Assembly: GCA_951813565.1 (NCBI GenBank)
Contig: OX638351.1
Location: forward strand, 992,001 to 1,056,000
From: an uncultured Poribacteria bacterium
Lineage (GTDB): Bacteria > Poribacteria > WGA-4E > WGA-3G
Reading direction: 5' to 3'
Length of the DNA: 64,000 bases
Shown here piece by piece: positions 20,765 to 30,967 of this stretch. The notes under the pieces are model-generated. The model worked only from the letters and a program-made list of their open reading frames with translations. It did no database searches and was not told the DNA's origin. Numbering within the stretch: position 1 is the stretch's first letter; every line of letters starts with the position of its first letter. The position numbers and the translations under genes are program-made.

Positions 20765-22072
20765 CTATCCAGTAATAATCAAAGACTTTTTAGCTGATGC
20801 TTCCTGAATTAGAAACTGGTAGATTTTCTCATGCTGTAGTTGCACCCTGAAGTCCTCCAAGCGATTACTTGCCTTCAACAAGTCGGCATATTTTTGAGCG
20901 TCCCGATTCTGTTGTTCCGCAGCTCGGCGAATCTCCCATTCCAATTCATCGTCACTCACGTAAATACCTTCGTTTTCGGCTATCTCATCAAAAATCCAAT
21001 TCTGTTTTGTCTGCTGAATTACATCCCGCCTCAATTCCTCAGGTAAGGTTTCTAAATTAACCCCTGCTTCTTCAGGAGTTTGTTGTTGCGCGTTTAACTG
21101 CTTATGTACATTTTGTAAAGCTTGTTGTACATATTGATCAACCAGTGCATCGGGAATTGTTATGTTCGTCTTTTCAATAAGCTGCTCAAGTATTTCTGTT
21201 TTTTGCTTATCAATCTGTAAAATGCGTTCTTCTTCAACAAGATTGTTCCAGATAACACCGTGCAGCTGGTTATAGGTTTCATAACCGAGGTCTTTTGCAA
21301 ACTCATCATCAAGTTCTGGTAGGTGTTTTAGTGTGATGGCATGGAGCGTTACATTGTATGTTGCCTGTTTTCCGGCAAGTACGGGTACTCTGTGTGTTGT
21401 ATCAAAGTTAACTTCAATCGGCTTTGCTTCACCGATCAGCATTCCAATAAGTCCAGCTACAAGATCAGCATGAAGGTCTTCCGATGTTAAATCAATATCA
21501 ATATCCTGTGCAGATTCACTTTCAAGTTCCTCGCCGTCTAAGGCACATGTCCAATCTATCCGCACACAATCTGATGCTTGAACGGGGCGATCTTCTTCAA
21601 TTGGTTCAAAAGTAGCCGACTGCGATTGCAATCGTTTGATATGAGCGTCAACATCTTCACGCGGGACATTGATCGGTGTTTTGTCTGTCTCGATTTCTTC
21701 GTAAATCGGAATTTCAAAAGTCGGTTTTACATTAACGGTGGCAGTGAAAACGAAAGGTTGATTTTCGGTGACTTTTAGCTGCTCCAAAGGCGGGTCAAAA
21801 GTTGGTTGCGCGAGGGGTACAAGTTGTTTAGTATACAACGCATCTTCATAAGCAGGGAAAACAAGTTGTCTTACAACTTCGGTATTGATGTGTTCTGGGA
21901 ATCGAGACTTGAGTATCGCTAAAGGCACTCGTCCTTTTCTGAAACCTGGCAGCGATACATAGGCACGCAACGCTTTGTAAGCTTCTTCTAATGCTTCGTC
22001 TACTTCTTCAGCAGGGATCTCAATCTCTAATTTGACTTGCGTACTATCCTGCGTTTCAACTTCAACTCTCAA
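20765..22072 (-). CDS. tig: Trigger factor
   Basis: PGFRKGRVP and LPELDDEFAK motifs; TTG start after GGGAG; lies upstream of clpP. Confidence 0.95.
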   Translation of the reverse strand: MRVEVETQDSTQVKLEIEIPAEEVDEALEEAYKALRAYVSLPGFRKGRVPLAILKSRFPEHINTEVVRQLVFPAYEDALYTKQLVPLAQPTFDPPLEQLKVTENQPFVFTATVNVKPTFEIPIYEEIETDKTPINVPREDVDAHIKRLQSQSATFEPIEEDRPVQASDCVRIDWTCALDGEELESESAQDIDIDLTSEDLHADLVAGLIGMLIGEAKPIEVNFDTTHRVPVLAGKQATYNVTLHAITLKHLPELDDEFAKDLGYETYNQLHGVIWNNLVEEERILQIDKQKTEILEQLIEKTNITIPDALVDQYVQQALQNVHKQLNAQQQTPEEAGVNLETLPEELRRDVIQQTKQNWIFDEIAENEGIYVSDDELEWEIRRAAEQQNRDAQKYADLLKASNRLEDFRVQLQHEKIYQFLIQEASAKKSLIITG

Positions 22073-22203
22073 GTTAGAATCTCCCTTATCAACGAACAAA
22101 AGGTGCGTGTTGTACTTACTCTTACCTCAAGCCTTATTTTTTAATAGTGGTGAGGTAAGGACATCTCATGTTACGGATTTTCCGCTATACTGTTGAGATG
22201 TAG

Positions 22204-22288
22204 TGGGCGAGGAGGGACTTGAACCCTCACGAGGCGTAACCCCAATAGATCCTAAGTCTATCCTGTCTACCAATTCCAGCACCCGCCC
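22204..22288 (-). tRNA. tRNA-Leu(TAG)
   Basis: Cloverleaf with long variable arm; anticodon arm ATAGA-CTTAGGA-TCTAT. Confidence 0.95.
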
Positions 22289-22401
22289 TTTTTTGACAGA
22301 AATGTTATAAAGGGATTGCACTTCCCAATTTCTGACTCTTAACGTTGTATGCTCTGAATTGAGCACTTAATTCTGGCATCCGTTCCATTTTTTAGAACTG
22401 A

Positions 22402-22474
22402 TGCGCCGTGAAGGAATCGAACCTTCAACCCTCTGATTAAGAGTCAGATGCTCTGCCAATTGAGCTAACGGCGC
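22402..22474 (-). tRNA. tRNA-Lys(CTT)
   Basis: Anticodon arm TCTGA-CTCTTAA-TCAGA. Confidence 0.95.
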
Positions 22475-22475
22475 A

Positions 22476-22548
22476 CGCGCCCGGAGGGATTCGAACCCCC
22501 AACTTATAGCTCCGAAGGCTATTGCTCTATCCATTGAACTACGGACGC
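22476..22548 (-). tRNA. tRNA-Arg(TCG)
   Basis: Anticodon arm ATAGC-CTTCGGA-GCTAT. Confidence 0.93.
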
Positions 22549-22557
22549 ATGTTTAAA

Positions 22558-22630
22558 GGTGGATGATGGGGATTGAACCCACGGCCTCCTGATCCACAGT
22601 CAGGCGCTCTACCCCTGAGCTACATCCACC
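22558..22630 (-). tRNA. tRNA-His(GTG)
   Basis: Anticodon arm CCTGA-CTGTGGA-TCAGG; encoded G-1. Confidence 0.95.
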
Positions 22631-22640
22631 GTGTTCAATA

Positions 22641-22714
<74 letters not shown>

Positions 22715-22721
22715 ATGTAAA

Positions 22722-22797
<76 letters not shown>

Positions 22798-22830
22798 ATA
22801 CTCAAATATCTCTTAAAAATAAGTGTTTAT

Positions 22831-22859
22831 ATTATACTACAAAATCTTGACGATTGCAA
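22831..22859 (-). promoter_or_regulatory. sigma70 promoter of the tRNA cluster
   Basis: TTGCAA-17 bp-TATAAT just upstream of tRNA-Pro. Confidence 0.7.
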
Positions 22860-22875
22860 ATTAATCGTCAAATTC

Positions 22876-23023
22876 GGGTGTGTAAAGTTTTTGTAGAAAT
22901 CCGCACCACTCCTATTGTAGGGGTAGGTCTCCAGGGAATGCCTTTTGGCATTCCCTGGAGACCTACCCCTACAGTGGAAAACGCCGCGTAATCATTGCAA
23001 TGTAACCAAATATTTACACACCC
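22876..23023. mobile_element. MITE with ISKra4-like ends and a perfect 27-bp-stem hairpin
   Basis: GGGTGTGTAAA/TTTACACACCC IR; hairpin at 22916-22973; second copy at 34389. Confidence 0.8.
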
Positions 23024-23505
23024 TCCCCAATGCTGTTGAGATTGTGGATTACAAGCACGCGAAATCTCATCTGTCCGATGTTGCTAAAGTTGCCTTCGGA
23101 GAGACTGAAACAGAGGCGATACAAGACTGGGTAAAAAGGACAGAACCTATCCTTTATGATGGCAACATTACAGAAGTAGCCACACGCATTCGTGGCTTAG
23201 ACACACAGCACCCGGAAGTATCGGATATTTTCGAAAGAGAAGCACGGTATTTTGAAAAACACGCTGATCGTCCGCGGTATAAAAAGTTTCGGGAAAAAGG
23301 GTATCAAATCGGGAGCGGTGTGATTGAGAGTGCCTGTAAACATGTTGTCGGACAAAGGTGTCCACAAGCTGCTATGAGGTGGAAAGAGAAAGGTATCAAC
23401 CCGGTGCTTGCCTTACGGTGTTTAGTGAAAAATGGGGACTGGGACAAATATTGGAATGAACTCCCACAGGCAGCATGACACTTATAACCAAAACTTTACG
23501 CACCC
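23024..23505 (+). pseudogene. ISKra4-like transposase, C-terminal fragment plus right IR (inverted relative to the rest)
   Basis: PNAVEIVDYKHAKSHL and IGSGVIESACK...MRW motifs; IR AAAACTTTACGCACCC at 23490-23505. Confidence 0.8.
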
Positions 23506-23514
23506 GTCAAATTC

Positions 23515-24365
23515 ATTGGGGAAGTATTCATCTGCTAAGTTCCAAATCCACGCAGCACCATCACCAAGAAACACAATCTCTTGCGTATCAATAGCTTCTT
23601 GGTAGATGCCACTATTGGTTGCTAACGCATATAACTCCTTACCAAAATGTGCTGCATCATTACGCGTTGCAACATAACGGATACTTGTCTCTCTCGCACT
23701 TGACACCGCATCAGAACCACATTGTGGATAATCTCTGTAAACACAACCGACTTTTGTCTCTTTCCATCCATCAGTAGAGTTGGTGTAGCATCCATCACAA
23801 CTTACATACCAACGCTGATTACCGCAAGTATTTGCGGTTCAACTTGTGCTGACACGCTCAAGTCTGATGACCACTCAAGCACTTTTTCGCGCACTATCGT
23901 ATGGCTCACTTCTATCCCTTGAAAAGCCAACGCTTTCGCAGCAGCTCTATAGTCAAAATGCGCCGCAACATAACACATCCGCTCTACAACACGACGCGTC
24001 CATTTACCTCGCAACTTTTGACACGCATCCCAAGGTCTATGATAATGACCCGACGCACAACAATACACCCAACGCTGCACACGGATCTTGCCACAAAGTG
24101 TCGTGATATTTATACCGCGTTTCTGTATCGGACGACACGCTTGTTCACATTGTGGACATTCAACAGGTGCTGCTGATTGCTGAGATGCTGCTTCTGATAC
24201 ACACACTTCCAGCAACTTTTGACCACTTCTAAGCATCAGGTCTCGCATACAAGTCTCAGCTGCTTCTAATGATATGCAACGGGATGACGAAAGTTCTCTT
24301 GCCACCTGAGCAATCTCTTCTAAAATCTCTTTGACTTCTGGGTTCTCTAATGATATATTAAACAT
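23515..24365 (-). pseudogene. ISKra4-like transposase, N-terminal and middle fragments (frameshifted)
   Basis: CPQC...ITTLCGKIRVQRWVYCC and FLGDGAAWIWNLADEYFPN motifs. Confidence 0.8.
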
Positions 24366-24789
24366 TGGTATCCTTTTCTTTTTGAATTTATTAGGATAAC
24401 GTGAGTTTGATAAATAATTGAGGGTGTTTCATAAATCGCTATTTTTTATCGAAAGACAGTTTTGATATAGGTAACATTTCGCGTGGGTAACCCGCATCGG
24501 ACATTCATTAACATTGAAAGTTGCAGCAACAGTATACCCATGCCCAAAAAGGTGGAAACGGACGCCAGATTTCGCAGCGGTAAAGGTTTATGCGCCCCCG
24601 TGATTGACAAGAGTTTGCTCAACAAAAATATGTTAATTCACGACTGCAGCGCAAGTAAATTGAAGCAACCTAACTAAATCAATGCAAATGCGCGGTAGGC
24701 AATTGGTGGTCTCTATCATGCTATAATGTAAGAAAAACCTAAAACTAATAAGTGGTGATTATACATCTTCCAGCAGTAATTCTGGATGT

Positions 24790-26868
24790 CTATTTCTGTG
24801 GGAGGATCTGTTCTTTCAATTCTGTAATCTGATCGCGTAACGTCGCTGCGAGTTCAAATTCAAGGTCTATAGCAGCCTTGTGCATCTGACGGGTTAAGTC
24901 ATCAATAAGTGCATCAATATCTTCTTCAACGGTGTCCTTTTCAATCACAGGAACGAGTTTCTGAGATTTCTGAGATTTCTCAGATTTTTTCGTTCTGTAT
25001 TCCTCTGTCGATTCTGAGATAAGCTGTTCAATTGCTTTCTGAATCGTAGCAGGTGTGATGTCGTTTTCCTCATTATATTTTAATTGTATATCGCGTCTGC
25101 GTTGTGTCTCTGCCATTGCATCTGCCATTGCATCAGTGATAGTATCACCGTATAGCAGGACTTCACCATCAACGTTACGTGCAGCGCGTCCTGATGTTTG
25201 AACTAACGAGGTAACGGATCGGAGAAAGCCAGGACGATCCGCATCCAAAATCGCAACGAGTGAAACTTCTGGCAGGTCAAGCCCCTCACGCAGTAGGTTG
25301 ATACCGATGAGTACATCAAATTCACCTTCGCGGAGTTGGCGCAAAATTCGGGCACGGTCAAATACATCAATTTCAGAATGCATGTAGTTCGCTTGAATAC
25401 CAGCCTCGATAAAGTATTCACTTAAATCTTCTGCCATCCGTTTTGTAAGGGTTGTAACAAGTACTCGTTGTTTATGTTCTACGCGTTCCCGAATTTTGCC
25501 GATGAGATGGTCAATTTGTCCACGAACTGGATGAACACTAATTTGGGGATCAATTAATCCAGTCGGACGGATGATCTGTTCAACGATTTGTCCACCACCT
25601 TTTTCTTCTATCTCATATTTGCCGGGTGTAGCCGAAACAAAGATGACTTGCTTGAGGTATGCTTCTACCTCCTCAAATTGGAGCGGACGGTTGTCCAATG
25701 CTGAAGGTAAACGAAATCCATACTCAACCAGCGTAAGTTTTCTTGCACGGTCGCCACGGTACATCCCTTTTAATTGAGGAATTGTTACGTGCGATTCATC
25801 AATGAACAACATGAAATCCTCAGGGAAATAGTTTAGGAGGCAGTATGGTGGTTCTCCCGGTTGTAATCCTGATAGGTGGCGTGAGTAGTTTTCAATACCT
25901 GAACAGTAGCCTACTTCGCGAAGCATCTCCAAATCAAAGCGTGTACGTTGTTCAACGCGTTGCGCTTCCAGCAATTTATTTTCTTTTTCAAATGTGGCAA
26001 TCCGTTCGTGGAGTTCGAGTTCAATGTTTATGAGTGCTTCTTCAAATATATCGGCATCCGTCATAAAATGTTTAGCAGGATAGATTTCCAGAGAGTCCTG
26101 TTTTCCCAAGATTTCACCGGTAGTCGTGTCAATTTCGCAAATTCTATCGATTTCGTCGCCGAACAGTTCAATCCGATAAGCACTTTCGCTATAGGCAGGG
26201 AACACCTCTATCACATCGCCACGAACACGGAATGTCCCTTGCCAAAAATCAACATCGTTGCGGACATACTGAATATCTACCAAAGCGCGCAGGAATTCAT
26301 CGCGTCGGATAGTTTTCCCGACTTCTAAATCAACTTTTTGCCCTTCAAATTCCCGAGGTGATCCGAGACCGTATAGACATGAAACACTGGCAACAATAAT
26401 AACATCACGTCGTGACATTAAGGATGCTGTTGATGCAAGCCGCATCCGTGTAATCTCTTCGTTAATCCGCACATCTTTCTCAATAAACGTGTCTGTAGAG
26501 GGGATATACGCCTCAGGTTGATAGTATTCGTAATCACTAACAAAATAATGGACGGCATTGTGTGGAAAAAAAGATTTGAACTCATTGTAAAGTTGTGCGG
26601 AGAGCGTCTTATTTGGAGAGATAACAAGTGTAGGACGTTGGATGTTCTGGATCACATTCGCCATTGTGTAAGTCTTACCCGACCCAGTAACGCCCAATAG
26701 CGTTTGTGCTCTATCACCGCGAACAATTCCGTTGGTCAATTTGTCAATCGCTTGCGGTTGATCGCCCTGCGGATCGAATTCTGAAACTAACTCAAATGGC
26801 TTTGATGGTATTTCTGGATTTACATTAATAGGAGAAATTGTAGGTCGTGCGTCAAAATGCTCTCTCAT
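24790..26868 (-). CDS. uvrB: Excinuclease ABC subunit B
   Basis: GVTGSGKT, YYQPEAY, DESH, GINLLREGLDLPEV; C-terminal UVR domain. Confidence 0.98.
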   Translation of the reverse strand: MREHFDARPTISPINVNPEIPSKPFELVSEFDPQGDQPQAIDKLTNGIVRGDRAQTLLGVTGSGKTYTMANVIQNIQRPTLVISPNKTLSAQLYNEFKSFFPHNAVHYFVSDYEYYQPEAYIPSTDTFIEKDVRINEEITRMRLASTASLMSRRDVIIVASVSCLYGLGSPREFEGQKVDLEVGKTIRRDEFLRALVDIQYVRNDVDFWQGTFRVRGDVIEVFPAYSESAYRIELFGDEIDRICEIDTTTGEILGKQDSLEIYPAKHFMTDADIFEEALINIELELHERIATFEKENKLLEAQRVEQRTRFDLEMLREVGYCSGIENYSRHLSGLQPGEPPYCLLNYFPEDFMLFIDESHVTIPQLKGMYRGDRARKLTLVEYGFRLPSALDNRPLQFEEVEAYLKQVIFVSATPGKYEIEEKGGGQIVEQIIRPTGLIDPQISVHPVRGQIDHLIGKIRERVEHKQRVLVTTLTKRMAEDLSEYFIEAGIQANYMHSEIDVFDRARILRQLREGEFDVLIGINLLREGLDLPEVSLVAILDADRPGFLRSVTSLVQTSGRAARNVDGEVLLYGDTITDAMADAMAETQRRRDIQLKYNEENDITPATIQKAIEQLISESTEEYRTKKSEKSQKSQKLVPVIEKDTVEEDIDALIDDLTRQMHKAAIDLEFELAATLRDQITELKEQILPQK

Positions 26869-27024
26869 TTTTGTTCCTTAACACAATCTGGGTGAGTAAT
26901 CGTGGGTTCGTATTCTGCCTAACTTGCCTTGAAGTTACGTCTTTTAGTATAACATGTTTTACGTAAAATTTGTAGGAGAGAGTCTATAGTTTATGGAATG
27001 CAAAATTGTCAAATAATGTAAAAC

Positions 27025-27167
27025 ACCTAATGAATTTTGACGTTCAAGTTGGATATTCGTAGGGCGAGGTGCCCTCGCCCGATGGACGATTAGCAAGTCC
27101 AGATGGGATGGGAGATCCGCCTCCTACACCTGCCCTTACAGATTTTGTTTGTCAAATTTCATTAGGT
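27025..27167. mobile_element. MITE (17-bp IR) carrying REP palindromes
   Basis: ACCTAATGAATTTTGAC / GTCAAATTTCATTAGGT (1 mismatch); internal GTAGGGCGAGGTGCCCTCGCCC. Confidence 0.7.
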
Positions 27168-27234
27168 AGAAAACGTGAATCCAACAATATACTTACAAAG
27201 TTAGGTTTCGCTTGTGCTCTACCCAACCTACAAA

Positions 27235-29736
27235 TTAATGTTGATCGCAGATTCTTGTAGGTTCTTGTCCCTTAATAAAAGGTTCGTTGCTAATGTTTTC
27301 CGGGGGACACTTGTCTTTATTTCTCAGCAAACCTGTTGTTTTATCAATTTCCCAGAATTCAATTCCATCAGGTAACGGGAACTCTTTCTCGGGCCCGCGG
27401 GCAGCATCTTTTATGAAGCGTGCCCAAATGGGTAATGCTGCTTCCGCACCTTCTTCATTGTAGTTTTTTAGATTGCGTCCCTGTCTATCAAGTCCAACCC
27501 AAATACCTACAACGAGATCTGCTGTATAGCCTACGAACCAAGCATCTACGTTATCATTCGTAGTGCCTGTTTTTCCTGCAATTGGTCGAGTTATTTGATA
27601 ATCATGATATTTTGAAACTGCACGTATACCTGTCCCATTATTAATCACGCTTTGCAAAAACGAGGTAATCTGGTACGCGACCTTTTCATCTAATACGCGG
27701 GTTTGATCTGGCTGATAGTCTTTAGGTGGGTAAATTGCTACACCATTTTGATCAGTTACATGGTGAATGTAACTTGGTTCTACTTTAATACCGCGATTGG
27801 CAAAGATTCCATACGCGGATGTTAATTCAAGTACAGTCACACCGGATGCCCCTAAAGTAAACGCAGGTTTTTTAGGATTCAAAGGTGTTGAAATTCCCAT
27901 CTCTTTGGCGAATTTCACAATTCGGACAATCCCTTCTCTATAGCCATCCTCATTTTCAGGGGTCTCCCAAGCTGCTTTTGCTGTTGGAACGTTAATAGAT
28001 TTTGAGAGTGTATTCCTTGCCGTGACAGGTCCATAGTGCTTACCCTTAATATAGTTGTCCACTGTCCACCATTGTCCAGGAACGTGTTGGATAGTCCATG
28101 GTTCATCAACGATAATTGATGCGGGGGTTATTAGGAAAGGCTCCTGCATCAGTGCGGCGAAGACGATCGGTTTGAATGCTGACCCTGGTTGGCGTTTTGA
28201 ATTTCCTATTGCCCGGTTCAGGAAATTAATCTCTTTTCCGGCAATATGATAGTCGCGTCCCCCTACCATTGCTTTAACATCTCCGGTTCGCGGTTCAAAA
28301 GCAATAAGAGCAGCCTGCAAGTAATTTTTTATAGAATCAATACCCTGTGGATTATCCTTATTCGCATCGTAATTAGGCAGGTGTCTACCGTACAATCCAT
28401 CCAAATATCGCAAGTGGTTAGCAACAGCATCTACCGCCACAGATTGCATTGACATATCTATTGTGGTGTAGACTTTCAACCCATCGTTATATAAACTATT
28501 CTGAAGTTTAGGAATTTTTTCAAGTTCTGACTTAATGTGGTCTACAAAGTGTCCCGCAGTAATCCGGTTCTCTTTAACAGAAGAATTTGATACCTCTTGA
28601 ATTTGTATAGGTTTATTCCGGTTTTCATCATATTCTTTTCCTATGATCAACCCTTGATCATACATAGCTCTAAGCACTAAATTACGACGCTTTTTAGCAT
28701 TTTCAGGATTTTTAATTGGTGAATAAAGTGTTGTCCCTTTTGGAATTGCTGCGAGCAAAGCACATTCATGGTATTCCAGTTCAGACACTTCTTTGCCAAA
28801 GAAAGCCATAGCAGCTTTTTGGACACCGTATAGTTGTTGACCTCCAAATCTCCCGAAGTCAATATAGTTGAGATAGCCTTCCAGAATTTGAGATTTTGAT
28901 AACTGCTTTTCGATTCTGAAAGCGAGTAAGACTTCACGAGTTTTTCTGGCAGGAGTCCGTTCCTTTCCTAAGTAGATATTGCGAGTTAACTGTTGTGTTA
29001 ACGTGCTTGTTGCGCCAATTCGATCACCGCCTCTAAGAGAATCTTTGATCGCCCCAACGAGTCGGATAATATCAATCCCAGAATGTTGATAAAATCGTCG
29101 GTCCTCAATTGCAATAAATGCATCAACAAGTTTTCTTGGCATTTCGTCCAGTGGTATAATTTTGCGTGTTGTTCCCTCTTCATCTCCAGAAAATTCAGCA
29201 ATTAGTTCAGGTTCAAGGAAAAAATTACGGATTAAGTTGCCTTCCTCGTTGTGAATAGATTTAATTTTTCCCTTTTTTATAGAAAGATTAAGGCGTTTTG
29301 CTTCAGTATCTTCTTCCATATACGGGTAATCAAATTGGCGAAGAAATATCTGAATAGTGCCATTCTGTTCCCCCTTTTTCCCTTTCAGTTGCGGTAAATA
29401 TTCACCAGGATAGTTGATGCCTGTACTACCGGATGAAATTTCTTCGTACTCCAAGCGCTGTAGTTTATCTATTAAAAAGACGGCGGTATCTTGGAGCTGC
29501 ACTTCGCAAATTGATGAGTATACCTCAAGGTGTTGTCGCCACGTTTGTCTATCTTGTTTATATTCCAATTTTTCAAGATCAAGCGCTGCTACATCTTCCC
29601 AACACCCGAGCATAAATCCACCCGCAACACCTATTCCGAAACAGATAACAAAAAATGCAAGCAGAAAACAGACGAAGATGATGCCTAATATTACTTGCCA
29701 GCAATTAAACAAAAAGCGGAGCATATCTTTCTCCAA
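27235..29736 (-). CDS. Class A penicillin-binding protein (transglycosylase-transpeptidase, PBP1B-like)
   Basis: EDRRFYQH, ATSTLTQQL and RKTRE; SAFK, SIN and KTG motifs; N-terminal TM and UB2H-like insert. Confidence 0.93.
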   Translation of the reverse strand: MEKDMLRFLFNCWQVILGIIFVCFLLAFFVICFGIGVAGGFMLGCWEDVAALDLEKLEYKQDRQTWRQHLEVYSSICEVQLQDTAVFLIDKLQRLEYEEISSGSTGINYPGEYLPQLKGKKGEQNGTIQIFLRQFDYPYMEEDTEAKRLNLSIKKGKIKSIHNEEGNLIRNFFLEPELIAEFSGDEEGTTRKIIPLDEMPRKLVDAFIAIEDRRFYQHSGIDIIRLVGAIKDSLRGGDRIGATSTLTQQLTRNIYLGKERTPARKTREVLLAFRIEKQLSKSQILEGYLNYIDFGRFGGQQLYGVQKAAMAFFGKEVSELEYHECALLAAIPKGTTLYSPIKNPENAKKRRNLVLRAMYDQGLIIGKEYDENRNKPIQIQEVSNSSVKENRITAGHFVDHIKSELEKIPKLQNSLYNDGLKVYTTIDMSMQSVAVDAVANHLRYLDGLYGRHLPNYDANKDNPQGIDSIKNYLQAALIAFEPRTGDVKAMVGGRDYHIAGKEINFLNRAIGNSKRQPGSAFKPIVFAALMQEPFLITPASIIVDEPWTIQHVPGQWWTVDNYIKGKHYGPVTARNTLSKSINVPTAKAAWETPENEDGYREGIVRIVKFAKEMGISTPLNPKKPAFTLGASGVTVLELTSAYGIFANRGIKVEPSYIHHVTDQNGVAIYPPKDYQPDQTRVLDEKVAYQITSFLQSVINNGTGIRAVSKYHDYQITRPIAGKTGTTNDNVDAWFVGYTADLVVGIWVGLDRQGRNLKNYNEEGAEAALPIWARFIKDAARGPEKEFPLPDGIEFWEIDKTTGLLRNKDKCPPENISNEPFIKGQEPTRICDQH

Positions 29737-29764
29737 TATGTAGCGTTTTTATCCTAACGCGAGT

Positions 29765-29880
29765 TTATAGTAAAATTCACAATTACCTTTACATTGGCGA
29801 GGTTAGGAAACCTCGCCAGCGCATGCGTGTGGGAATTGCTGTTCATTGAAATGTGAACATATTATTGGATTTTACTATAA
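29765..29880. mobile_element. MITE (TTATAGTAAAAT ends) carrying a REP
   Basis: TTATAGTAAAAT / ATTTTACTATAA IR; internal GGCGAGGTTAGGAAACCTCGCC, also found at 54090. Confidence 0.65.
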
Positions 29881-29933
29881 TAATAATAATATCCAAAGGT
29901 AGATATAAATTGGGTAGAGCGTAACAAAACCCA

Positions 29934-30084
29934 TAGGCGTCAATTTAGCGATGATTTTCTTGTGGGAGCGCTTTGTAAGCGCGATTTTTGTATATTGTAT
30001 CAGGGTTAGAAACCCGCAGCATGCCAAACGCGCATGCTGCGTTGATTCACTCCCACAAGAGGATATATCTTAAATTGACAAGTA
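29934..30084. mobile_element. MITE family A with the 34-bp mini-element at 30016-30049
   Basis: GTCAATTTA/TAAATTGAC IR; 3' part nearly identical to 14683-14747. Confidence 0.7.
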
Positions 30085-30260
30085 TAGGTAGAGCGTAGCA
30101 AAACCTAACAACTCAACCATTGTAGTGTGAAAATAGTTAGATTTCACGTTGTTCTACCTAATCTACGACTCACATTTGAAAAAATTGTCCAAACTTTAGT
30201 AAGATTAACAATATACCTTTGATCGGAGTGCTTACAAATTACAACCCACAACGATTTACT

Positions 30261-30887
30261 CTAAGGTGTTCGATCTAAATCTGCTTTTCTAACCCGTTTA
30301 ATGGTGCACCCGATAGCACGCGTTTTTTTCTTTTTATCCGGTATAGGTTTTCCTTCTAATATCAGATTCAACATATTCTTGAGATAATGGGTTTCAGGTG
30401 TTTTCCGACTATCGTCAATTGCCCCTCTATATCGAAGTATATTCTTCGCATCTATTAAGAAAACCTCCGGTGTTCTACGTGCTTGAAAATAGTCTGCAAG
30501 TTCGTTATCTGGATCCTTGAGAATAGGAAAATCAAAGTTGTGTTTCTTACGATATTTTTTAATTTCTTCGATCGTTTCATGTTTATTGGAATGGATACCT
30601 ACAAATTGGACTTTTTTTTCTTTGTAATCCTTAACCAGTGTATTAATGCGCTCAATATAATCATCCAAGCCTGGACATTGGGTTGCAAGAAACACCAACA
30701 CAACTGCTTTTTTCTCTTCACGTAGCTTCTTCAAAGAGTGTGTCTCATTTTCTGTGTCCTTGAGACTCCACTCCTTGACTTTCTCATCAATTTTGACAGG
30801 ATTTTCTGTATCCTTTTCTGCTGCTAACGTGCAAGCGGTAAGGGCAAGTGTGAATATAAGTCCAAAACTTACAAGGAACTTGCGCAT
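30261..30887 (-). CDS. Secreted thioredoxin-fold redoxin (AhpC/TSA-like)
   Basis: Signal peptide; TQCP, ARRTPEVFLID, YRGAIDD and GCTIK motifs. Confidence 0.85.
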   Translation of the reverse strand: MRKFLVSFGLIFTLALTACTLAAEKDTENPVKIDEKVKEWSLKDTENETHSLKKLREEKKAVVLVFLATQCPGLDDYIERINTLVKDYKEKKVQFVGIHSNKHETIEEIKKYRKKHNFDFPILKDPDNELADYFQARRTPEVFLIDAKNILRYRGAIDDSRKTPETHYLKNMLNLILEGKPIPDKKKKTRAIGCTIKRVRKADLDRTP

Positions 30888-30967
30888 CTGAATGTCTCCT
30901 TATGTTAAAACGATGTAAAATCAATTTCGTTTATAACCCATGCATCCCAAATATCGAATTCATTTCC

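Noticed and set aside
22945..23023. N-terminus of the 177-aa ORF in the track
   Set aside because: Read-through of MITE sequence; transposase similarity starts at PNAVEIVD.
24581..24599. Candidate left IR of the ISKra4-like element
   Set aside because: Only about 12/16 match and no matching target duplication.
24958..24984. 9-bp repeat x3 in uvrB (KSEKSQKSQK)
   Set aside because: In-frame low-complexity linker; trivial.
30660..30700. Selenocysteine in the redoxin active site
   Set aside because: Reads TQCPGL with no in-frame TGA.
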